Part shown: in pieces, positions 57,853-64,000 of the stretch
How the letters are laid out: every line of letters begins with the position of its first letter
Numbering within the stretch: the stretch's first letter is position 1
Virus record (IMG/VR): IMGVR_UViG_3300044679_000029
Location: 53,102 to 117,101 of that record
Direction: 5' to 3' (one strand)
DNA length: 64,000 nt
Origin: an uncultured virus (IMG/VR IMGVR_UViG_3300044679_000029)
Taxonomy: Duplodnaviria > Heunggongvirae > Uroviricota > Caudoviricetes
Made by a program: the position numbers and the translations under genes
Notes under the pieces: generated by a model
Database searches by the model: none
Told to the model about the DNA's origin: nothing
The model's input: only the letters and a program-made list of their open reading frames with translations

Positions 57853-58036
57853 AAACTATATTAACATCCTGGAACACGGGTGGCTCTACAGTATTTTTCT
57901 ACATGTATCTTGATAACCACGCGTGGGGGCAGACTACGATGAATACGTCGACTACTTTAAAGCCTGTTTAAAAATGTTTAGACGCATTTATAGAAATTTA
58001 GATAATGACAAATCTGCGGCGTTCGTACTGGAATAA
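57849..58036 (+). pseudogene. MFxxIY-family member frameshifted near a G5 run
   Basis: Frame 0 MKTILTSW...FYMYLDNHAWG stops at 57971; the -1 frame gives DYFKACLKMFRRIYR...FVLE. Confidence 0.7.
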
Positions 58037-58037
58037 A

Positions 58038-58244
58038 ATGAAAACAACTCTAAAAATATATACGTGTACCGATTACGGGGTAGCGAAACGTGGGTTCTAT
58101 ATGTATCTAGACACCTTATCGAGGGATTTTTGGATGCCGTCGACACCGGAGTTTAAAGACTATCATGATGCTTGTCAGCGTATGTTTCATAGGATCTACA
58201 GAAGTGCCGAAGATAATTCTGATAGACTATTCGTACTGGAATAA
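58038..58244 (+). CDS. MFxxIY-family small protein
   Basis: DYHDACQRMFHRIYR...FVLE. Confidence 0.72.
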   Translation: MKTTLKIYTCTDYGVAKRGFYMYLDTLSRDFWMPSTPEFKDYHDACQRMFHRIYRSAEDNSDRLFVLE

Positions 58245-58246
58245 AA

Positions 58247-58438
58247 ATGAATAAACGTAAACTAATTCAGTTAGACACATGGCGCGGCAAAGACGGGCTC
58301 ATTCACTTCTACCCAGAGACGACCGGAAATGGCGATGTCGAGTTAGTAAGAAGCTATCAACTAGCGTGTATTTATACATTCGAGCATATCTATGCCTATT
58401 TCAGTAACCGAAATGATCTCGGATTTGTTCTGTACTAA
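58247..58438 (+). CDS. MFxxIY-family small protein
   Basis: SYQLACIYTFEHIYA...FVLY. Confidence 0.7.
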   Translation: MNKRKLIQLDTWRGKDGLIHFYPETTGNGDVELVRSYQLACIYTFEHIYAYFSNRNDLGFVLY

Positions 58439-58440
58439 TT

Positions 58441-58638
58441 ATGAAATTTGAACTTTATTGTGATTTCAAAAAAAAACCATTAGAATTTTTTCCGTCCATA
58501 ATTAAAAATAGAACTAATTGGGCATATATTAACACCCGTGATTATGAGCCTGAATACAAATACCTAAAGGCCGCTAATGAAATGTTTGACTTAATATATA
58601 CGCGCCGGACGACGAAGACAGTATGGTTTAATCTATGA
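58441..58638 (+). CDS. MFxxIY-family small protein
   Basis: KYLKAANEMFDLIYTR...WFNL. Confidence 0.72.
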   Translation: MKFELYCDFKKKPLEFFPSIIKNRTNWAYINTRDYEPEYKYLKAANEMFDLIYTRRTTKTVWFNL

Positions 58639-58844
58639 CAACAACAATAAAAATATGGCCAGAAAAACCTTACAGTTCGTTTAGGCCATTCTATGTGGAC
58701 GATGCCGGTAACCTTATAGGCTACTACACTCTTAAGGCGTCACTGCCAAAAGAATATAAGTACATAGATGCCTGCCGGGTGATGTTTGAAAGAATATATG
58801 TGTATAAAGATAACAACTATAATGGCTTATTTGACTTGGTGTAA
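58635..58844 (+). CDS. MFxxIY-family small protein
   Basis: KYIDACRVMFERIYV...FDLV. Confidence 0.72.
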   Translation: MTTTIKIWPEKPYSSFRPFYVDDAGNLIGYYTLKASLPKEYKYIDACRVMFERIYVYKDNNYNGLFDLV

Positions 58845-58846
58845 TC

Positions 58847-59011
58847 ATGAAACGAGTTTGTGAAAATTGTGGTAAGGCCGCTGTGTTTACAGCCAAAGGC
58901 GGCAAGGCACATACAGACGACACACATACACTCTGCCAGAAATGTTGGCGCGACTTGCTAAATATTAACAGGAGTCTTGAAATGAAAAGCGGCGAGGTCA
59001 CAAGGCGATGA
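58847..59011 (+). CDS. 54-aa zinc-finger protein (not in track)
   Basis: MKRVCENCGK...LCQKCWRDLL. Confidence 0.6.
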   Translation: MKRVCENCGKAAVFTAKGGKAHTDDTHTLCQKCWRDLLNINRSLEMKSGEVTRR

Positions 59012-59196
59012 AGATAAAGATTACCGAATTATACGTATGGCCATCCTCACAGATTACTGGTGGGGTGTATTTTACGTATACCGCTGTGTCTACGGCTAGT
59101 CGAACGTACGAAAAAGCCTGTATCGATATGTTTGATTTGGTGTACAACCGTACTGATGACGCGTTCGAGTTTGTTACATCTTGGAGTATACGATGA
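59008..59196 (+). CDS. MFxxIY-family small protein
   Basis: TYEKACIDMFDLVYNR...WSIR. Confidence 0.72.
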   Translation: MKIKITELYVWPSSQITGGVYFTYTAVSTASRTYEKACIDMFDLVYNRTDDAFEFVTSWSIR

Positions 59197-59402
59197 CAGA
59201 AAACTATATAGCTATGAAATACTATAATGACGAGGTAAATTTCTACAGCGACGGAGGATTTTATTGGAATATAAGAATTCTATTTCAAACTGGATATAAT
59301 CACGGAGAAAAATATTTTAAAATCGCAGAAGAAATGTTCGACCGTGTTTATGCGAGAATACCATCTGAGCGAGAGCAGTATGCCTGTTGGAGTAAAGTGT
59401 GA
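59193..59402 (+). CDS. MFxxIY-family small protein
   Basis: KYFKIAEEMFDRVYAR...WSKV. Confidence 0.72.
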   Translation: MTENYIAMKYYNDEVNFYSDGGFYWNIRILFQTGYNHGEKYFKIAEEMFDRVYARIPSEREQYACWSKV

Positions 59403-59611
59403 ACAAATATTATAACTTCTTTCAGATTGCATGTTATGCTAATTATTCGGTGCACTGCTATAATAGTGGAAAAAATATGGGTAGCCTTGTAAATTTCAAA
59501 ATCAAACAGGAACGGACGATGTACTACCTTATGTGTGAAGCAATGTTTAATACCGTGTATGACGTGACAGAAACTTATAGTGGAAAATTTAGTCGATGGT
59601 GCCTGGAATGA
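59399..59611 (+). CDS. MFxxIY-family small protein
   Basis: MYYLMCEAMFNTVYD...WCLE. Confidence 0.72.
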   Translation: MNKYYNFFQIACYANYSVHCYNSGKNMGSLVNFKIKQERTMYYLMCEAMFNTVYDVTETYSGKFSRWCLE

Positions 59612-59895
59612 AAACCAAAATTCCTATAAAGAAATTCACAGAGGACGTCACGAAGTCGTGGGAAGAGAACTACAGGAGACTTGTAGAACACCGTGAAGAA
59701 GAGACGGCGTTCTTAATTAAGACAATTGAAGAACTCGAAACGCGTATGGAAAACTGTAGAAGCTGTTCCTCTCTTCTAGCAGCGGACGAGTGTGCACGAT
59801 CTGGGCATACTCCCTGTACTCATCCATTTGGGTGTGACTGCGGGTATATGCCAAAGGGTTCGGTTGTATGTTCTCGGTGCGATGAGGTTATATAA
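59608..59895 (+). CDS. Coiled-coil + Cys-rich hypothetical protein
   Basis: ATGA-coupled; several Cys clusters. Confidence 0.55.
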   Translation: MKTKIPIKKFTEDVTKSWEENYRRLVEHREEETAFLIKTIEELETRMENCRSCSSLLAADECARSGHTPCTHPFGCDCGYMPKGSVVCSRCDEVI

Positions 59896-60125
59896 TGAAC
59901 CAAAAACCTAATACGTGGTTTTCGTGTGGAACACGGGCGACACCACATATAGTTAAATTATGTAGCAACACGAGTACTAACACCCCACGCTGGAACACGT
60001 TTGTTACATTCGAGGAAGTAGGGGACGCAAAAAAATATCAGGATATAGTAATTGATATGTTTAGTCTAATATACATAAGAAATTTTGGTTATAGCCGAGA
60101 CGACTACGCAAACTGGGATAGATAA
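59895..60125 (+). CDS. MFxxIY-family small protein
   Basis: KYQDIVIDMFSLIYIR...WDR. Confidence 0.72.
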   Translation: MNQKPNTWFSCGTRATPHIVKLCSNTSTNTPRWNTFVTFEEVGDAKKYQDIVIDMFSLIYIRNFGYSRDDYANWDR

Positions 60126-60126
60126 T

Positions 60127-60456
60127 ATGAAGAAACCAATAAAAGGATATGTTCACGAACCGGTGTACTCATACACTGATGTTATACACTATCTTGAAAA
60201 GAAGTATAAGTTTAATAGTCGGGATTTTGCTAACAAGCACGGTGGTGACTCCGAGAGTGATCGGCCATATCAGGATTTTTGGCACTGGGTAGTTGGTAAT
60301 GACGACGAAATTCGTAATGGTAGTTATACAGGTATCTGCGTCGATTACTTCCTAGAAAATTCGGATACGCCTGATTGGGTCAAAACTATTCTTGGATATT
60401 TCAAAAAAGAGTTTCCGGAAGATAGCGAGTACATGGAGATGTGGGTCGAATGGTGA
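60127..60456 (+). CDS. Hypothetical phage protein
   Basis: YLEKKY..RDFA..PYQDFWHW..IRNGSY..WVEW. Confidence 0.6.
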   Translation: MKKPIKGYVHEPVYSYTDVIHYLEKKYKFNSRDFANKHGGDSESDRPYQDFWHWVVGNDDEIRNGSYTGICVDYFLENSDTPDWVKTILGYFKKEFPEDSEYMEMWVEW

Positions 60457-60668
60457 CTATTGATAACAAGCCATGGTTTGCTTTAGATAATTACTTATGT
60501 GTGGTTGGGTACGCTACCCACATAGACAGTCATTGGCCAACTAATATAAATTTTAAACACAAAAAAAGCGCGTTTGTGTATTACACCGCCATTTGCGACA
60601 TGTTTAATAAGCTGTACTCATTTCGCGGCGCGCGCACTGGTAGCAACGTTATAAATTGGTATATATGA
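60450..60668 (+). CDS. MFxxIY-family small protein
   Basis: VYYTAICDMFNKLYS...WYI. Confidence 0.72.
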   Translation: MVTIDNKPWFALDNYLCVVGYATHIDSHWPTNINFKHKKSAFVYYTAICDMFNKLYSFRGARTGSNVINWYI

Positions 60669-60871
60669 TTAAACATGGGATGTTTGCTATAAATTACGAA
60701 GGGCGTGACGTCATGTACTACAACAGTATAGACGATGATCGGTCAGCCTACACAAATTTTAAAACCGACAAACAAAGTGAAAAATACTATAGACTTGTAG
60801 TAAATATGCTTGATCGCGTGTATATAAGATGTATTGTACTAGAGCATAGTACTTATTGGGAATTTAAATGA
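60665..60871 (+). CDS. MFxxIY-family small protein
   Basis: KYYRLVVNMLDRVYIR...WEFK. Confidence 0.72.
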   Translation: MIKHGMFAINYEGRDVMYYNSIDDDRSAYTNFKTDKQSEKYYRLVVNMLDRVYIRCIVLEHSTYWEFK

Positions 60872-61056
60872 AAAATGTGTTTATTCGGTTTGTAATTACG
60901 TTATCCATATTGACGCTGATACCGGTTGGTGTGACAGCTATTCTGTTTGGTGTGTCATACTTAATATCTCTTATTGGTGTAGACGCGTCGATATGTCTGT
61001 TGGTTAGCGTCGGTGTGTCTCTATGGATGGCCATAGACAAGAAGTCTTTTAAATAA
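60868..61056 (+). CDS. Small two-TM membrane protein
   Basis: Two hydrophobic segments. Confidence 0.6.
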   Translation: MKNVFIRFVITLSILTLIPVGVTAILFGVSYLISLIGVDASICLLVSVGVSLWMAIDKKSFK

Positions 61057-61064
61057 GGAGTAAC

Positions 61065-61289
61065 ATGCATCAGTTTTGGAAAAATTATTTGGATGCTCTA
61101 AGCGACTTTACCGTAAGAATTGCGGTCGTTGTCGTTTTTGTTTTAATGACAGCAGTCTGCGTTGTGCCGACTGTATATGCAATTTTCCTCTTTGCGCACG
61201 GGCATTCTGTTTATGGTGCCTTAAGCAGCGTAGGAGCATTTATGTGTTTTGCCGCTGTTGGTGCGGTATGGGAAACCTGGATTAAATAA
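61065..61289 (+). CDS. Small two-TM membrane protein
   Basis: AAGGAG RBS; two hydrophobic segments. Confidence 0.65.
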   Translation: MHQFWKNYLDALSDFTVRIAVVVVFVLMTAVCVVPTVYAIFLFAHGHSVYGALSSVGAFMCFAAVGAVWETWIK

Positions 61290-61290
61290 C

Positions 61291-61506
61291 GTGATATGGG
61301 ATATATGGATAGAAGACTGGGGCGCAGGCCAGAAGAAATTAGGGTTTGGCACCTCAGATGCTCTGAACGATAAAAAATTAGTAATGAATGACTGCGACGT
61401 AAGAGATTATTGGCAAGCCGCTTGTGATATGTTTAGTTTAATCTACCGTATGTCCGTTATGTCAAAGGCGGGTTATGTCAAGTCTTTTCGGAGATTTGAG
61501 TCATGA
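61291..61506 (+). CDS. MFxxIY-family small protein
   Basis: GTG start; DYWQAACDMFSLIYR; N-terminal DIWI shared with the next gene. Confidence 0.7.
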   Translation: MIWDIWIEDWGAGQKKLGFGTSDALNDKKLVMNDCDVRDYWQAACDMFSLIYRMSVMSKAGYVKSFRRFES

Positions 61507-61721
61507 TAATGGATATTTGGATTGATTCTAACAGCGGTAAAAAACAAATATTTTGCGGTAGCGATTACATTCTGCGAAATAGTTTGTATAGCGTATCAGG
61601 CGAAATAGACATGCACCTCTATATAGTCGCATGTGCAAAAATGTTTAATCGAGTTTATCCCAAAATGGACACGACTAAATTTTACAATATTGTGCCGCTG
61701 CATCGATTTTTCATAGCATAA
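61503..61721 (+). CDS. MFxxIY-family small protein
   Basis: LYIVACAKMFNRVYP...RFFIA. Confidence 0.72.
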   Translation: MIMDIWIDSNSGKKQIFCGSDYILRNSLYSVSGEIDMHLYIVACAKMFNRVYPKMDTTKFYNIVPLHRFFIA

Positions 61722-61728
61722 AAAGATT

Positions 61729-61781
61729 GGGTGCTTCGGCACCCTTCTTTTTAGCTTAACCCACTGTAATGTGGTATAAGA
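61729..61781 (+). promoter_or_regulatory. Terminator (UUCG loop) + TTTAGCT + early promoter motif (copy 4)
   Basis: GGGTGC-TTCG-GCACCC-TTCTTTTTAGCT, then AATGTGGTATAAGA. Confidence 0.75.
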
Positions 61782-61813
61782 TAGTGGTAGTGTAGTATAG
61801 TTGACTTTAGGGG

Positions 61814-62056
61814 ATGGCTACTAGGAAGGTAGGGAGAGTGGATACCGTAATCCAACCCGATTTGGAAGATAGATTGACCACAGAAGTAACGGCGATGCTC
61901 AGAACCACCCGACATAAAACAAACTGCCCGAGTAAATATCCCGAGCAGGGACCTCCGTGTTTTTGTGAGGTCGATATGACAGTTGCCCACGCGATGGGGC
62001 TACTGAATACCTGTGACAAAGAGTTTCAGCGCTTCGACTTAGAAGGCGAAGAGTAA
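61814..62056 (+). CDS. Small hypothetical protein in its own transcription unit
   Basis: Lies between the promoter motif and a terminator; H..NC...CFC motif resembles 53324-53524 (H..DC...CDC). Confidence 0.55.
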   Translation: MATRKVGRVDTVIQPDLEDRLTTEVTAMLRTTRHKTNCPSKYPEQGPPCFCEVDMTVAHAMGLLNTCDKEFQRFDLEGEE

Positions 62057-62064
62057 CAGGAACA

Positions 62065-62093
62065 GGGCGCTGCATTAGCGCCCTTTTCTTTTT
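62065..62093 (+). terminator. Intrinsic terminator
   Basis: GGGCGCTG-CAT-TAGCGCCC-TTTTCTTTTT. Confidence 0.8.
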
Positions 62094-62331
62094 AAACTTT
62101 CTCTGCTTCTTCTACTAAAGCACGAATTTCTTCAACCGTTTCGCGAGCTTGTAAAACGTAACCGCCGGGTAAGACGACCCTAGACTTTCCGTTGACACCG
62201 TAAGATTTCCAGTTAGTCTCTCGGTCGTCTGGGTCTCGGGTTTCTAGTCTACGTATCTTTTTTGGGTTTACTTGAAATGCCGTATTGTCGGGGTCAGGGG
62301 AGTGTAAAGTAATTAATACTGGCTTCTTCAT
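62092..62331 (-). CDS. FlbD/SwrD-like small protein
   Basis: ITL...FQVNPKKIRRLE...RVVLPGG...ARETVEEIRALV resembles the FlbD family pattern. Confidence 0.55.
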   Translation of the reverse strand: MKKPVLITLHSPDPDNTAFQVNPKKIRRLETRDPDDRETNWKSYGVNGKSRVVLPGGYVLQARETVEEIRALVEEAEKV

Positions 62332-63326
62332 TTTACGTACTCCATCCAAACCTTCTCGGCCTGCTTGGCGTTATTTTTTAGGGCCTTAGCATTTTTGAAA
62401 GCTACATCACGGCCGTTCAACAACACGCGATGAAGACCTTCTACTATCGACTTGCTATCCACTGCTGATACACGCGAAATGGGAGAGCACCAGTTAACTT
62501 CGTCCGAAACAACGATAGGAAGCCCTACGCTAACCATGTCGGCGCTTACTATGTTATACGTTTCACTCAAACTCGCTTGCATGCCGATGTCCATAGTATC
62601 TAAGACCTTCAAGAAGTCTGTGTGGCTATACCAAACGTGTTCCACTAACTTATGTCGCGTGCCAGAAAACAGCGCTCGCAAATTTTTTAGCACACCTGCA
62701 CCACTGTTTTCTACACGGGTACCATTGATATTAAAATTCAAAACTAAATCTTTATCATCAGCAAACTTTATTGCGCAAATAGCCTGAAGAAGTTGATTCT
62801 TAAGCGGCCTGATTGCGCCAAAGCAGCTAACTTGCAACGACGCCGGTGTTGGGTTACAAACATGATTCTTAAAGTTTTCACCTGGGTGATAATAGTTAGG
62901 TAGATAGAGCGGCTCATTGCCTGTGGCGTAATGAATATCACGTCTGAGTCGCGTGCTATTGCACGCAACGGATGGTCCGTAATTATCATAGTAACCGTCG
63001 ATCCACTCTATGGCGATGCCTTCGTGTGCTAAGAAGGGAGTTTCAGAATGTAATCTTACAACAAACTCAACTTTGGGATGAAGCAGACCGAGTTCTATAA
63101 TTTTTTCTGGCGTACACCAGAGGGCTTCGATGATACAAACATCTGGCCTAAAAGCTGTAACTAGATAGTCTATAGTGTTACCGTCCACAGCAGTAACGAC
63201 TTCTGATCTAACGCCGTTATCAACAAGCATCTGACTTACAAGTCGTGCGGAATTCCACAAACCTGCAGGACCAAGATGAAAATTGCCGTAGTCTTGTCGC
63301 TTACATATAAACTGAACAGATTTCAC
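62328..63326 (-). CDS. Glycosyltransferase (GT-B, family 4-like)
   Basis: RPDVCIIE, RLHS, FGAIRPLKNQ, SLSETYNIVSADMVSVGLPIVVS. Confidence 0.8.
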   Translation of the reverse strand: MKSVQFICKRQDYGNFHLGPAGLWNSARLVSQMLVDNGVRSEVVTAVDGNTIDYLVTAFRPDVCIIEALWCTPEKIIELGLLHPKVEFVVRLHSETPFLAHEGIAIEWIDGYYDNYGPSVACNSTRLRRDIHYATGNEPLYLPNYYHPGENFKNHVCNPTPASLQVSCFGAIRPLKNQLLQAICAIKFADDKDLVLNFNINGTRVENSGAGVLKNLRALFSGTRHKLVEHVWYSHTDFLKVLDTMDIGMQASLSETYNIVSADMVSVGLPIVVSDEVNWCSPISRVSAVDSKSIVEGLHRVLLNGRDVAFKNAKALKNNAKQAEKVWMEYVK

Positions 63327-63341
63327 TCTCTCACGTACTTT

Positions 63342-63731
63342 CTAGCTTCGCTCGACGATGTTCTGTTGCTGCTCTTCTTCGAGCTGTTTCATTTTAGAGA
63401 CTGCGTTAAGAAATATACGCTTATCCAAGGCCTGCGCCCACGAACTCGCGACAGCGGCAACTTGAAGTAGTTCGGTTCGAAGGCTGTCCAGGCACTCCTC
63501 AGCAAAGGCCTCCATTACTTCTTCGCGTAAAATATGTTTCCAAGTTCCGTAGCCGTCTCTAAACGCCTTATCACACTGTTCGCGAGCTATCTCTGATTGC
63601 AGTCTATCAGCTTGTGTTCCAGTTCCGTCTGGGTGACCTGATTGATCGCCCCATAGTTCTAGCTGGCGGTCCATCTCGTCCTCTACTTCCTTCAAAATAT
63701 CTTTCACTTTCTTACCACCGGTCGAATTCAT
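63342..63731 (-). CDS. MazG-like nucleotide pyrophosphohydrolase domain protein
   Basis: EMDRQLELWGDQ, ILREEVMEA, LRTELLQVAAVA. Confidence 0.7.
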   Translation of the reverse strand: MNSTGGKKVKDILKEVEDEMDRQLELWGDQSGHPDGTGTQADRLQSEIAREQCDKAFRDGYGTWKHILREEVMEAFAEECLDSLRTELLQVAAVASSWAQALDKRIFLNAVSKMKQLEEEQQQNIVERS

Positions 63732-63766
63732 GCTTAGTTATAATAAGCTTGCGTAACTAATGCAAG

Positions 63767-64000
63767 TTAAAACGACCAGCCGACGGTCATGGCTTCAACA
63801 TTCGTGTAAGCAGCGCAGCCGTCGTAAGCGCCTCCGGAGTTGTGATTCCAAATAGGATAAGTAGGTGCAAGCATCTGGAGACCAGCATCGGCCGCGTTCG
63901 TCATTACACAGGGGACGATTGTGCCTCCGTCCGGGTTCTCTGAAACCACTACAGCATAAACAGGACGGACGTAATTCGTGCCGACGCCGCAGGGCCATTG
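63767..64000 (-). CDS. C-terminal part of a probable exported/Cys-containing protein (5' end outside the window)
   Basis: Frame open to the window edge; PDGG and DAG motifs. Confidence 0.45.
   Translation of the reverse strand, partial: QWPCGVGTNYVRPVYAVVVSENPDGGTIVPCVMTNAADAGLQMLAPTYPIWNHNSGGAYDGCAAYTNVEAMTVGWSF

Noticed and set aside
56413-61721. CRISPR array or diversity-generating retroelement as the explanation for the periodic motif
   Set aside because: The repeats are degenerate, in frame and synonymously variable. No fixed repeat-spacer structure, template/variable repeat pair or reverse transcriptase is visible in the window.
63726-63737. ATTCATGCTTAG matching the 1052/1338 repeat
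   Set aside because: Only 12 nt, lacks the left hairpin arm and overlaps a minus-strand start codon; probably chance.
1-64000. Major capsid, portal, sheath, DNA polymerase or integrase genes
   Set aside because: None recognised; they presumably lie outside the window, so lifestyle and genome size remain inferred.

Overview
This 64 kb window is part of a large, lytic-looking myophage (contractile tail, probably jumbo-sized; host not determinable, weak hints of Myxococcota-like bacteria). The minus strand carries late and virion genes: a GpA-type terminase truncated by the window edge, putative head proteins, a beta-helix tailspike, baseplate wedge/J/gp25-like proteins, a tail lysin, a hub protein, tape measure, and a sigma factor embedded in the tail cluster. 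These are interleaved with plus-strand early and metabolic genes: a MoxR AAA+ with a VWA/metallopeptidase partner, RuvC, class II RNR with an intein, a second AAA+, ThyX, dNMP kinase, Hsp20, a G/GT-type chaperone with a -1 slippery site, a second sigma factor, RNA ligase, a PEP-swivel protein, a Tyr/dual-specificity phosphatase, peptide deformylase, DNA ligase and a TPM protein. There is one tRNA, an unusual Ile(UAU). The standout feature is a family of about 28 small (52-87 aa) paralogous genes between 40.9 and 61.7 kb. They have largely unalignable N-termini and a shared C-terminal motif, Y-x2-[AL]-C-x2-M-F-x2-[IVL]-Y-x-R...W/F-x-L. They occur as singletons between enzyme genes and as a dense, translationally coupled array, and share near-identical 3' junction sequences. 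All product calls come from motif recognition by eye; no database search was run.
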